NCBI GenBank assembly: GCA_048390825.1
Contig: DBGCYC010000052.1
Location: 4,119 to 68,118 of the forward strand
Direction: 5' to 3'
DNA from: Candidatus Merdousia sp.
Lineage (GTDB): Bacteria; Verrucomicrobiota; Verrucomicrobiia; Opitutales; Intestinicryptomonadaceae
DNA: 64,000 bases
The notes under the pieces are model-generated. The model worked only from the letters and a program-made list of their open reading frames with translations. It did no database searches and was not told where the DNA came from. A program made the position numbers and the translations under genes. The first letter of the stretch is position 1, and the number at the start of each line of letters is the position of its first letter. Of this stretch, positions 50,677-60,586 are shown piece after piece.

Positions 50677-51398
50677 AACTATTGCTCCTAACGACGTCCG
50701 CATTGCTGTCTATTGGATTGTTGGGCGGATGCGGCAAGCATGGCGGCGGCCATGGCCATGCAAATGAAGATCCAGCCCATGCCGCAAACGGTGGTGGGCG
50801 CCATCACGATGGCGGGGCATCGCAGGTCCGATTTGATGAAGAACACGGTTTGGAGCTTCCGGAAGAAGTCGTCAAAGCGATCGGAATTGAAACACGGAAG
50901 GTTGAGCGGCGTGCGTTTTCCGCAAAAAAGGTTCTCACGGGGCAGGTTGTATCTGTTGGCCCAAAGGTGCTAATCAATGTAAGTATTCCTTTTGCTAAGG
51001 CGGAGAGCTATGGAGATTTTTCCGTTAAAAACGGAAGGCTTCGGAGAATAGACAAACTTTCAGGCGAGGTTTCAGGGCTTGCGGATTTGATATTTGAAAT
51101 TGATTCAAATGGCAATTTAAAGCTCGGAGATTTCATTGATTTGAACCTGGAAAGCCCCAAAAAGACGGCGCTCCTAATTCCCGAATCTTCTGTTTTGGAA
51201 GGTATAGGCGGCAACTACGTTTACGTTTTAAAAGGCGATGCGTACCGCCGGGTAAAAATTAAAACGGATTTGTCATCGGACGGCCTCGTTGAAGTCGTCG
51301 ATGGGATCAACCCGGGGGACACGGTTGTAACCACTCCCGTTGTACAGTTATGGCTCGTCGAACTCAGGCTCACAAAAGGCGGGGGCCACAGCCATTAA
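50673..51398 (+). CDS. Short CzcB-like periplasmic adaptor (lipoprotein, His-rich)
   Basis: Lipobox LGGC; His-rich linker; LLIPESSV..G..YVYV, VEV.DGI.PGD.VV; ends GGGHSH. Confidence 0.8.
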   Translation: MKLLLLTTSALLSIGLLGGCGKHGGGHGHANEDPAHAANGGGRHHDGGASQVRFDEEHGLELPEEVVKAIGIETRKVERRAFSAKKVLTGQVVSVGPKVLINVSIPFAKAESYGDFSVKNGRLRRIDKLSGEVSGLADLIFEIDSNGNLKLGDFIDLNLESPKKTALLIPESSVLEGIGGNYVYVLKGDAYRRVKIKTDLSSDGLVEVVDGINPGDTVVTTPVVQLWLVELRLTKGGGHSH

Positions 51399-51416
51399 CG
51401 TCAGTTTTTATATATC

Positions 51417-54400
51417 ATGATAAACAGAATATTTGAATTTGCATTAAAGCAGCGGGCTCTTGTTTTGACGTCTACACTGGCATTGATTGTCATAGGCGGG
51501 TGGTCGGCAACAAAACTGCCCATTGACGCCGTGCCCGACATAACAAACGTGCAGGTGCAGGTGAACACATCTGTCATGGCGCTGGCTCCCGAAGAGATTG
51601 AAAAGCTTGTTTCATATCCCATTGAAATGGAGATGGGCGGCATTGAAAACCTTTTGGAAGTGCGTTCATTGTCCAAGTTCGGCCTGTCGCAGGTAACTTT
51701 GATCTTTAAGGAAGGCGCCGACATATACCGTTCAAGGCAGCTGGTCGGCGAACGTTTGCAAAAAGTTGCGCCCAACCTGCCTGAAGGGGCGATACCGGAA
51801 ATGGCTCCCATTACAACGGGCCTTGGTGAAATATACCACTATGCCCTGAAATACAAAGACGGATACGGCGGGGCTTCCGAAGACCCGGTAGAAAGGCTGC
51901 GGGAGCTGAAATTGGCGCAGGATTTCATAATAAAGCCGGTTTTGCGCACCGTGGCGGGCGTTACCGAAGTAAACACGTCGGGCGGCTATGAACGCCAGTT
52001 TGTAATCATGCCGAACTCCGCAAAGCTCAACAGTCTTGGCGTGACGATCAACGATGTTGCAGACGCGGTCAGCCGGAATGTTTCAAACGCGGGAGGGTCG
52101 TCCTTTGAAAAGGGCGGCGAGATGGTCAGCATTCGAGCCATAGGAAGGGTGCATAGCATTGATGACATCGCAAATCTGCCGCTGGGGTTTTCAGGCCTGC
52201 GAAGCGAACCTTTGCGCATCAAAGATGTCGCCGAAATTGCGGTATCGTCAAGCATACGTGCGGGAACGGCTACGCACAATGGCGAAGAGGCCGTGCTCGG
52301 CAGCGTGCTTATGCTAATCGGTGAAAACAGTAGAATCGTTTCCGGCAATGTGCATGAGAAGATTCTTGAACTCCAGTCCAAGCTTCCAGATGGCATGGAA
52401 ATCCAAACGCTCTACAACCGCACCGACCTTGTTAATTCCACCATAGGCACGGTCGAGAAGAACCTGTTTGAAGGCGCGGCGCTCGTGATTGCAATACTGA
52501 TGCTGCTACTCGGCAACTGGCGCGCGGCGTTAATAGTCGCAAGCGCCATACCGCTTTCAATGCTATTTGCCATAACGGGCATGGTGCGCTACGGGATTTC
52601 CGGAAACCTCATGAGCCTGGGCGCCATAGACTTTGGGCTCATTGTTGACGGCGCGGTTGTTATGGCGGAAAATATCGTAAGGAAAACGGGAATTAAACAA
52701 CGCGAACTCGGCAGGCTCTTGACCAAAGAAGAGCGCATTGCGACGGTTCTTTCTGCGAGCAGGCAAGTGGGCGCGCCAACGGTTTTCGGCGTTGCCATAA
52801 TTACGATTGTTTACTTGCCGATATTTGCGCTGACAGGCACGGAGGGCAAAACCTTTACGCCTATGGCCTTCACGGTTGTGTTTGCATTAATGGGAGCGCT
52901 CATAGTTGCGCTTACGCTTGTGCCGGTGCTCTGCTCGTTTTTGCTTATATCAAAAGTAAGCGAAAGGGAGAACCTTTTCATTCGCTTCGCAAAACGTATT
53001 TATAAGCCTGTTCTGATTTTTGGAATAAAGTTCTGGTGGGCGGTTTCAGCGCTGGCGTTAGGCGTATTTGCATTGGCAATATGGATATTTTCAACTTTGG
53101 GCTCGGAGTTCATGCCGCAGTTGGACGAGGGGGCAATGGCCGCCCAGATGGTACGCACTACAAGCGTTGGGCTGGATCCTTCTATCCAGATACAGACCGA
53201 AGCCGAGAAGCTTATACTCGAAAAGTTCCCCGAAGTTGCCGACATTTTTACGAGAATCGGAACATCTGAAGTCGCCACGGATCCCATGGGAGTGAATGTA
53301 AGCGACAGCTATATAATGCTCAAACCCGTGAATCAATGGCGCAAAATCAACGGCAAAACCATCGGCAAGGAAGCGCTTGCCGATATGATGTCCAAAGAAT
53401 TGTCGGTAAACTTCCCCGCGCAAAGCTATCTGTTTTCACAGCCGATTGAGCTAAGATTTAACGAGCTGCTTTCGGGAACGCGCGCGGACATCGCCATAAA
53501 GATATTCGGCGACGACTATGAAGTTTTGGAGAAGGTGGGCGGAGAAATCCGTGAAATTGTCGAAAAAATTCCGGGCGCTGCGGACGTTGAATTTGACGCC
53601 GTGGGCAAGGCTCCAATCCTTCAGGTGGTGACGGACAGAAACGCGATGAGCCGATACAACATTCACGCGGGCGAAATAAACGACGTCATTAAAACCGCGT
53701 TTGCCGGAACCGAAGGAGGAGCAATTGTTGACGGCAACAGGCGTTATCCCATTGTCACGCGGCTTTCCGAAAGGGAGCGAAAGGATTTTGAGAACATCTC
53801 CAATCTTGCCGTTCGCACGAATGACGGCGGCCTGATGGCTATTGGCAAAGTCGCAAATGTCGAAGCAACTGAAAGCGTGAACACAATAACCAGGGAGGCT
53901 TTCCAGCGGCGCCTGGCATTGCAGGTCAATCTTCGCGGCAGGGACGTTCAAAGCTTTATTGGCGAAGCGCAGAGAAAAATATCTCAAAGCGTTGTTTTGC
54001 CCGAGGGTTACTTCATTGAATATGGCGGGGCGTTCAAAAACCTGCTGGAGGCAAAAGAACGACTGGCGGTTGTTGTGCCGATAGCTTTGGGGCTTATATT
54101 CCTGCTCCTATTTTTGGCATTCGGCAACATACGCCAGGTATTGATTGTTTACAGCGGTATCCCGTTGGCGATTACCGGGGGCATATTCGCGTTGTATCTG
54201 CGGGGATTGCCGTTTTCAATATCCGCTGCGGTTGGCTTCATTGCGCTTTCAGGCGTGGCAGTGCTTAACGGGTTGATGATCATATCGTTTATCAACCAGC
54301 TCGTCAAAAAGGGAAAACCGCTCATGGGCGCCGTACTTGAAGGTTCGCTTACAAGGCTCAGACCGGTGCTGATGACCGCGTTGGTGGCATCGTTAGGCTT

Positions 54401-54551
54401 TGTGCCCATGGCGCTGGCGCGGGGGACAGGCGCGGAAGTGCAGCGGCCGATAGCAACCGTCGTTATCGGGGGCATTATTACAACGACATTTCTAACGCTG
54501 GTATTGCTTCCGGCGCTTTATTGCAGATTTGAAAAGAGGGCAAAAAAATAA
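51417..54551 (+). CDS. CzcA/CusA family heavy-metal RND efflux pump
   Basis: LPIDAVPDITN.QV, MSLGAIDFGLIVDGAVVM.EN, RLRPVLMTA, GAEVQRP.A. Confidence 0.95.
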   Translation: MINRIFEFALKQRALVLTSTLALIVIGGWSATKLPIDAVPDITNVQVQVNTSVMALAPEEIEKLVSYPIEMEMGGIENLLEVRSLSKFGLSQVTLIFKEGADIYRSRQLVGERLQKVAPNLPEGAIPEMAPITTGLGEIYHYALKYKDGYGGASEDPVERLRELKLAQDFIIKPVLRTVAGVTEVNTSGGYERQFVIMPNSAKLNSLGVTINDVADAVSRNVSNAGGSSFEKGGEMVSIRAIGRVHSIDDIANLPLGFSGLRSEPLRIKDVAEIAVSSSIRAGTATHNGEEAVLGSVLMLIGENSRIVSGNVHEKILELQSKLPDGMEIQTLYNRTDLVNSTIGTVEKNLFEGAALVIAILMLLLGNWRAALIVASAIPLSMLFAITGMVRYGISGNLMSLGAIDFGLIVDGAVVMAENIVRKTGIKQRELGRLLTKEERIATVLSASRQVGAPTVFGVAIITIVYLPIFALTGTEGKTFTPMAFTVVFALMGALIVALTLVPVLCSFLLISKVSERENLFIRFAKRIYKPVLIFGIKFWWAVSALALGVFALAIWIFSTLGSEFMPQLDEGAMAAQMVRTTSVGLDPSIQIQTEAEKLILEKFPEVADIFTRIGTSEVATDPMGVNVSDSYIMLKPVNQWRKINGKTIGKEALADMMSKELSVNFPAQSYLFSQPIELRFNELLSGTRADIAIKIFGDDYEVLEKVGGEIREIVEKIPGAADVEFDAVGKAPILQVVTDRNAMSRYNIHAGEINDVIKTAFAGTEGGAIVDGNRRYPIVTRLSERERKDFENISNLAVRTNDGGLMAIGKVANVEATESVNTITREAFQRRLALQVNLRGRDVQSFIGEAQRKISQSVVLPEGYFIEYGGAFKNLLEAKERLAVVVPIALGLIFLLLFLAFGNIRQVLIVYSGIPLAITGGIFALYLRGLPFSISAAVGFIALSGVAVLNGLMIISFINQLVKKGKPLMGAVLEGSLTRLRPVLMTALVASLGFVPMALARGTGAEVQRPIATVVIGGIITTTFLTLVLLPALYCRFEKRAKK

Positions 54552-54572
54552 AACCGAAAGCGAAAATACGTC

Positions 54573-54899
54573 ATGAACAAAATTAAAACGATCGCATTGT
54601 TGCTTATTCTGTGCGCGGGTAAATCATTGTTCCCCCAAAGCGGGGTTCAAGCGGGGGACAATACCGAAGTTTATGAATCGGTCTGCGCGCTTGGTTGCGC
54701 ATCAAGCAAACCGAAGGTAAAAATTCTCAATACTAAAAACAGGTATACAGAAAAAGGGGCCATGCAGCGCAGAATGTATCCGCGTTTCATGCACTCAAAT
54801 ATTAGGCCTGTAAAAGTGGTCTGCGATTGTAATGTATGCCATATTGACGCGGCTTCCCGAAACGGGCGGCCAACCAAAACCGTTTCGGCAAAAGGCTAA
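54573..54899 (+). CDS. Small exported Cys-containing hypothetical protein
   Basis: Signal peptide; CxxxC and CxCxxC; same strand 21 nt after czcA. Confidence 0.5.
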   Translation: MNKIKTIALLLILCAGKSLFPQSGVQAGDNTEVYESVCALGCASSKPKVKILNTKNRYTEKGAMQRRMYPRFMHSNIRPVKVVCDCNVCHIDAASRNGRPTKTVSAKG

Positions 54900-55279
54900 A
54901 CGCGAAAAGCTCGCAAAAGGGCAAATCAAAAAAATCGATTCTACCCAGGCATGCCTATATAGGCAATAAGCGCTGGCTTTCAGAAAGGCGAAGGCATGAT
55001 TCTTTCGCCTTTCTATTTTCCGGGGTGTCAACGGATAAAAGCGTTAAAGGTTTTTTGCCTTAAAATCAAAATCCCGGAAACGCCTTGTATGGTTCGGGGC
55101 GCATAGCCCGGAGAGGGGGCGGCGGAAATTTAACTAATAAACGTTGGCGCAAATATCCTGAATATCGGTTCAGGCCGGAGCGGACATGCGCGATGTTTTT
55201 TGTTTCCGGGGGTTGAAAAATGCCGGCGGGAAGGAGTTGAAATTTTGGCGATCCGGCGTTCCGGAGCCGGCGGGGCGGT

Positions 55280-56164
55280 TTAGACGTTTGCGCATTTGCG
55301 GCATCCGGCGCAGCCGTTGCATATCGGGCGGCTGCCGCATTCGGTGCACAGCGGGCCGAATCGGGGCCTGTATTCCGATACCTCCCCCGTGAGCTCCCTT
55401 TGTGCGGGGGGCAGGTCGAGCTTGTATTCTATTTTGCGCCCCTTGTGGAAATATCCCGACCTGAACGCCATTTTGCTTTGCAGCCGCTTGTCGGGCATGC
55501 GGTATATTTTGCCGCCCTTTTCAAAGAGGGTACCCGTTTCAATAAAGCAGAACGCGGTATCCGCCGCGGCGCATTCGGCGTACAGCCTCTCCACCCACTC
55601 GCATTTCAGGACCCGCGAGCCGTCGTAGTTTTCCCCGCCGGCGACCACCCGCTCTATCGCGCCCGTTTTAAGGTATTTTTCAAGGGACACTTCGCCAATG
55701 AAGGGGGCTACCATCACCCCCTTGTGCTTGAACGGCAGCCCGAGCAGCAGCGGGACGCGTTCGTCGGCGCGCGCCTGGTTTTCCGCGGTGACATTGAAAA
55801 ACACGTTTTCCCAGCCGTCCCCCCAGTTTTTGGGGAGGAGCTTTCCGACGCGCTCGGGGCGTTTGGTCAGCAGGAAGAATACGACGTCCGGCCTCCTGCG
55901 TATTATTTCCCACGCCTCCCCGCGCCATTCGTCGGCCTCCTCGATGAAGAAGTCGGACGTCATGCAGACCCGCAGAGTTTCGCCGCTTTTTATCTTGTAT
56001 TCCCCCCGGGGATTTTTCCGTAGCGGGTAGTCGAAGTTGTTTTTTACCCTGAACACGCGCGACGGGTCGATATTTCTGGCCCTGTCGAGAAAATACATGT
56101 AGCAGTTGGCGCAGCCCTCGCTCTTTTTCGAGCAGCCGTGCCAGGGGTTCCAGATGTCGCGCAT
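55280..56164 (-). CDS. DUF5131 (Gp37/Gp68-like) radical SAM-type protein
   Basis: WNPWHGC.K.SEGC.NCY, SDFF, LTKRPER, GGE; Cys-rich C-terminus. Confidence 0.9.
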   Translation of the reverse strand: MRDIWNPWHGCSKKSEGCANCYMYFLDRARNIDPSRVFRVKNNFDYPLRKNPRGEYKIKSGETLRVCMTSDFFIEEADEWRGEAWEIIRRRPDVVFFLLTKRPERVGKLLPKNWGDGWENVFFNVTAENQARADERVPLLLGLPFKHKGVMVAPFIGEVSLEKYLKTGAIERVVAGGENYDGSRVLKCEWVERLYAECAAADTAFCFIETGTLFEKGGKIYRMPDKRLQSKMAFRSGYFHKGRKIEYKLDLPPAQRELTGEVSEYRPRFGPLCTECGSRPICNGCAGCRKCANV

Positions 56165-56167
56165 TCT

Positions 56168-56497
56168 CTAACGCTCCGCCGACTTTTTGTACGCAGCGCC
56201 CCATTTTTTCAGCGCGGCGAGCACCGGCCTCAGGCTTCTGCCGAGTTCCGTGAGGGAGTATTCCACCCTCGGCGGGACTTCCGCATATGCCTTGCGGGAA
56301 ACGAGGGCGTCGGCCTGCATTTCGCGCAGGTTTTCGGTGAGCACCTTCTGGGATATGTTCCCCACGGACTTCTTGAGCTCTCCGAAGCGCCTTGTCCCCC
56401 CGGAGAGCTCCCTTATTATAAGTATCTTCCACTTGTCGCCTATCATAGAAAGCGCGGTTTCCACTGGGCATTCGGGAAGGGGTCTTTTCCTTTTCAT
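56168..56497 (-). CDS. HxlR-family (wHTH) transcriptional regulator
   Basis: CPVE..L..IG.KWK..I, RFGEL, ISQKVLT..LR, EVPPRVEYSLT. Confidence 0.95.
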   Translation of the reverse strand: MKRKRPLPECPVETALSMIGDKWKILIIRELSGGTRRFGELKKSVGNISQKVLTENLREMQADALVSRKAYAEVPPRVEYSLTELGRSLRPVLAALKKWGAAYKKSAER

Positions 56498-56526
56498 AGT
56501 CCAATAGTTTCGTTTTGGTTATTACA

Positions 56527-56564
56527 GCACAAATTTGTGCCTACTTTACATTTTATGCAAAGTA
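56527..56564. promoter_or_regulatory. Two adjacent palindromes, putative HxlR operators
   Basis: GCACAAATTTGTGC (perfect) and TACTTTACA-TTTTA-TGCAAAGTA in the divergent intergenic region. Confidence 0.5.
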
Positions 56565-56620
56565 TGATAATGTAATTTCAATTTCCGCCAAAAGTAAAAC
56601 AAAAAACAAAAGGAAACAAA

Positions 56621-57067
56621 ATGAAATCGCTGAAAACTGTAAACTGTGCGGACGCTGTCTGGAACGAGATGGATCAGAACGGAAACAGGTTTAAGATAAA
56701 GCCTGTCGTCGGTCTTGGAGAGTCGGCCAAATGCGCCGTCCACTTCGTCGAGGTTGGGCCCGGAAACTCCTCCTTCGGCTACCATTGGCACGAGGCCAAC
56801 GAGGAGGTATTCTATATAATCAGCGGCGAGGGCGTTGTCCGCACAAACGGCTCGGAGGTGAGGGTGTCCGCCGGCGACGCCATAACGTTTCCGTCGGGAA
56901 GGGAGGGCGCGCACTGCATAAGGAACGCCTCCGCCTCGGAAAACCTTGTGTACATAGATTTCGACGCCGTGGGCGCATGCGACATAGCCCACCTTCCGGA
57001 CGCTAAAAAGATCATATGCTCGGGCCCGTATTCCTTCGGCGTGTTTGACGAACCGCGGGGAGAGTGA
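56621..57067 (+). CDS. Cupin domain protein
   Basis: YHWH..NEEVFYIISGEG, GD.I.FP.G..GAH.I.N. Confidence 0.9.
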   Translation: MKSLKTVNCADAVWNEMDQNGNRFKIKPVVGLGESAKCAVHFVEVGPGNSSFGYHWHEANEEVFYIISGEGVVRTNGSEVRVSAGDAITFPSGREGAHCIRNASASENLVYIDFDAVGACDIAHLPDAKKIICSGPYSFGVFDEPRGE

Positions 57068-57100
57068 GCCCGACGCCTGTGCGCGGCGGGGAAAATCCCG

Positions 57101-57922
57101 CTACCGCCAGGCCGGCTCTGCGCGGAAGAGTCCGGCGGGCTTTGTCCCGGTTTCGACCAAAACGAGCTCGCCCCTCTCCGCTTCGGTGACGACGAGCCCT
57201 CCGCCGGGCAGAAACGCGCAGTTGGTGGGGTTGCGCCCCGCGAGCCCTATCTCCAATGCCGGACGCCCGTCGGGCGAAAAAGCCCTGACAGCGCCCATTC
57301 CGAAAACCGCCGCGTACAGGAGGCCGTCGTCGCCGAACGCCATTCCGTCGGGGCCGGGATTTCCCCCGGCCTCGGCCCAGACGCGGGCGTTTGACCACGA
57401 AAGCGTTTCGGGATCCCAGTCGCCTTTCAAGATCCGCCTTTTATAGGTTTCGGCGACGAAGAGCGACTTCCCGTCGGGGGAAAACGCGAGGCCGTTTGGG
57501 AAAAATTTTCCCTCCGCTATTTTCCGCACTCCGCCGGGTCCGAGCGCGCAGACGTAGCCCGAGGGCTCTTTGCGCGATTCTCCGGGGCAGGTGAATGCCA
57601 GATTGCCGCGCGGGTCGAAGGCAAGGTCGTTGGGGTGTGCGAGCCGCCCGCCTCCGACCTCCCGGCATGCGGTTTTTATTTCGCCGTTTTCGGGGTTCAG
57701 AACCGACACGCAGTCGTTGCCCGCGTCGCAGAACCACACGCGTCCCGCCCCGTCAATGGCTATACCGTTCGGTTTTCCGCCAGCTACCGCGTATTTCAAA
57801 AGTTCGCCGCCCTTTCCGAGGCGGCAGACGCTGCCGCCCCGCAATTCAACAAACCATACCGCCCCGCGGCCGTCGACGGCCGGGCCCTCGGGAAAGTCGA
57901 GATTAGACAGGATTGTCTTCAT
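57101..57922 (-). CDS. SMP-30/gluconolactonase family protein
   Basis: FPEGP, PNG.A, PNDL, FPNGLAFSPDG, PDGMA.G.DG, PTNCAF. Confidence 0.92.
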   Translation of the reverse strand: MKTILSNLDFPEGPAVDGRGAVWFVELRGGSVCRLGKGGELLKYAVAGGKPNGIAIDGAGRVWFCDAGNDCVSVLNPENGEIKTACREVGGGRLAHPNDLAFDPRGNLAFTCPGESRKEPSGYVCALGPGGVRKIAEGKFFPNGLAFSPDGKSLFVAETYKRRILKGDWDPETLSWSNARVWAEAGGNPGPDGMAFGDDGLLYAAVFGMGAVRAFSPDGRPALEIGLAGRNPTNCAFLPGGGLVVTEAERGELVLVETGTKPAGLFRAEPAWR

Positions 57923-57931
57923 GCGCGCCCC

Positions 57932-58924
57932 CTATTCGAGCGGGATTTTGAGGGCGTCGCAGCAGCCCTTTATGTAGCCGCACGAGAAAATGTGCCCGAG
58001 CGTCCCGTACCCCGCCGAGATTCCCCCGCTGAAATTTTCCTGCGCCTCCCCGAACATGGCGGGGGCGTGGTCGGAGCGTATCGGCCCGTCGAAGCCGCAG
58101 CGGCCGTAGCGGGCGAGCATATCGGCTACGAACCCGCGCTCCTCGTCTATAAAAGTTTCGGTAAAATTCCGCGCGTTCCCGCGCGCGTCGCGGACATGCA
58201 CGAAGAAAATCTTTCCGCGCCTTATCCAGTCCGCGGAGAGCTCCGCAACGTTTTCGCCCGCGACCTTGAATGTGGCCTGGCAGAATGTCGCGCCGAGGAA
58301 GGCGGAGTCGTACCTCGCAAAAACCTTCTCATAGTCTTGCGCGGATTTCAGGATTCTGCCGATTCCGCGCAGCGGGGAAATCGGGGGGTCGTCGGGGTGG
58401 AGCGCCATTTTCACGCCGGCCTCTTCGGCTACCGGCAGAACGGCGTCGAGAAAGCGGTACAGGTTTTCGCGCAGCTTTTCCTCGGAAATCCCCCCTCCGG
58501 GAATTCCCGGAGCCTCCGGCGGGCGCGAGGCGTCAAATGATGTCGTGAGCGCCCCTCCGCGCGCGGGCGCGGCGGCATCGGTGCGGAACCACCCTACGGA
58601 CGCCATCCAGTTCAGGCACAGCAGCCTTATCCCGAGTTCGCCCATGTTGCGCAGCATTTGCGCGTACCGCCCGATCCATTCGCCGCGGCCGGGCAGCCCG
58701 AGCTTTATGGGGGACATGTCGAACTGGTCGCCCTCGAGCCCTATGAGCTCGAGGCCGCGTTCCGCAAAGCCGTCTTTCACCGATTTCAGGGAGGCGAAGT
58801 CGAAGGGAGGATTTTTCCCCGAGAGCTCCGGGGCGGCCTTGGTTATGGCGAATTTTATCCCCATCTGCGCGGCGAGCGCGGCGAGCGCCCGGTCGTTCGG
58901 GGGAATGAGCATGGAGAGTTTCAT
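57932..58924 (-). CDS. uxuA: Mannonate dehydratase-like
   Basis: IKLG..GR, NWM, FL.AVLPVAEEAGVKMALHPDDPP, HVRD, F.ETF.DE, R.DH.P. Confidence 0.85.
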   Translation of the reverse strand: MKLSMLIPPNDRALAALAAQMGIKFAITKAAPELSGKNPPFDFASLKSVKDGFAERGLELIGLEGDQFDMSPIKLGLPGRGEWIGRYAQMLRNMGELGIRLLCLNWMASVGWFRTDAAAPARGGALTTSFDASRPPEAPGIPGGGISEEKLRENLYRFLDAVLPVAEEAGVKMALHPDDPPISPLRGIGRILKSAQDYEKVFARYDSAFLGATFCQATFKVAGENVAELSADWIRRGKIFFVHVRDARGNARNFTETFIDEERGFVADMLARYGRCGFDGPIRSDHAPAMFGEAQENFSGGISAGYGTLGHIFSCGYIKGCCDALKIPLE

Positions 58925-58961
58925 TTTGTGCGGGCCTTTCCTCTGGCGGTAGCGGCTCGGA

Positions 58962-60413
58962 TTACTCGAAGTCTATCCTCACGGCGCACGAACGCTTGAA
59001 GGGCGGCAATTTTACTTTGGGTGAAGGCTCGAGGTCCGCAGCGCCCCCGCCGTTCCAGAGGTCGTACGCGCGCACGCGGGCGATTTTCCTGCCCTTTGCC
59101 AGGCCCGAAAAATCCGCGGTTTCCCCGGAGATTTCGCGCGGCTTTTGGCGCTTTTCAAATTCGCTCTTCCAGTCGTTCTTTGCGTCCCTCGCAAACGCAA
59201 GCAGCGTCTTTTCGCCGGAGAGCGCGTAGACGCGCGCGTTTTCCGTGTCGCAGCGGGCTGGCTTGAAGCCTTCTTTCGCCGGGTCTACGCCGTCGACGAG
59301 CGCGGCGAAGGGTTTGAGATGCCTCCAAAGCCCGCGCCCGTATATGTAGACGTCCCAGTGCCACGGCTGGCCGCTCCCGGCAGCCCCCGCGAAAAACGGG
59401 GCGTAAAACGCGTCGTGGAAAATTATGCCGTCTTTGTCGGCTCCGTAGAAGCGCCACGGCCCGGAGTGCTTCGGCTGCACGGCCCCGGTTTCGGCGAGCA
59501 GGGCGGGGCGATCCCGGCAAATCTTTGCGATTTCGCCCACGGCGTCCGCCGCGGCTACGTCGAGGGGCCCCTTGCAGATTTCGTATTCGGCGCCTTCGTC
59601 GAGGTACCGGTGGATCGCCGCGATTTGGTTTGCGGTGCCCTTGTAAAAATACCCGTAGTCGGCCCTTGCGCCTTTGCCGTCGAAGCTTCCGCAGCTGTTT
59701 ACAACGAGCTGTTTTTTGCAGACGCCGGAAATCCTCTCGAACATTTCCTCCTGCCATTTCTTGACGTTTTCGCGCCCGGCGTTGACGGTGTTCTGTTCGT
59801 TCCAGAGTTCCCACGCGAATACCGCCGGGTCGTTCCCGTACCTGTCGAAGAGGGCCATGAAGCGGCTGAAATACAGATCCTTCCCCTTTTGCGAGCAAAA
59901 GTATTCGTCCATGCTTTTGAACTCGCCGTCGTAGGCCGGGCGCGAAAAGGCGCTTGAATTGAGGCCGCGCTCGTTTTCCGCGGGCTTGTAGCCCCTTATG
60001 TTTCTAAAATGTTCGAGGCATATTTTTACGCGGATTCCGTACTTTTTTGCGAGCCCCATGAACCGGTCGATTCTCGCAAGCTTCTCCGGATTGTATGCGC
60101 CCGCGCGGGAATCCTCGATTTCGTAGAACGGGTACGACGCCCAGATCCTGACATAGTTGCCGCCGTTTTCGCCGATGCCCTTCATGTGCTCCTCTATCAT
60201 GGCGAAGCATTCGTCTTCGGTCATTCTGTCCCAATGCCTCGGGAAACAGAGGTTGTAGCCTATCGGAATGTAGGAGGCGCCGTCGGAGAGCGCGAAGTAC
60301 CTCGGGTTTTCCTTTGATATTTCGACAAACCCGCCTTCGGAGGCGTCAGAATTGCAGCCTGCAATGAGTATGGAAACCAGCGCCGCAAGCGCGCCTGAGA
60401 TAAAATTTTTCAT
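58962..60413 (-). CDS. GH5-like (clan A) glycoside hydrolase lipoprotein
   Basis: Lipobox IAGC; G.NYVRIW, AWELWNE acid/base, H.Y, LLAETG nucleophile, W.WD. Confidence 0.8.
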   Translation of the reverse strand: MKNFISGALAALVSILIAGCNSDASEGGFVEISKENPRYFALSDGASYIPIGYNLCFPRHWDRMTEDECFAMIEEHMKGIGENGGNYVRIWASYPFYEIEDSRAGAYNPEKLARIDRFMGLAKKYGIRVKICLEHFRNIRGYKPAENERGLNSSAFSRPAYDGEFKSMDEYFCSQKGKDLYFSRFMALFDRYGNDPAVFAWELWNEQNTVNAGRENVKKWQEEMFERISGVCKKQLVVNSCGSFDGKGARADYGYFYKGTANQIAAIHRYLDEGAEYEICKGPLDVAAADAVGEIAKICRDRPALLAETGAVQPKHSGPWRFYGADKDGIIFHDAFYAPFFAGAAGSGQPWHWDVYIYGRGLWRHLKPFAALVDGVDPAKEGFKPARCDTENARVYALSGEKTLLAFARDAKNDWKSEFEKRQKPREISGETADFSGLAKGRKIARVRAYDLWNGGGAADLEPSPKVKLPPFKRSCAVRIDFE

Positions 60414-60586
60414 TCCGTTACGCTATCGCATTCCGAAGCGGGGCGCAACGGCGTTTTTTGGGAAATTTGATTAACGGTTTACCGAAGGGGCGCCCCGGCC
60501 CGCGGAGAAAGAATGCTTGCAATCGCAGCGCGAGAATTTATTTTTTTCTGCCAATTTACGGACATTAAACAAACACAGGACAGTTT

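Noticed and set aside
54900..55280. attR copy of the tRNA-Leu 3' end
   Set aside because: No CCTGAGCACCA-like repeat found
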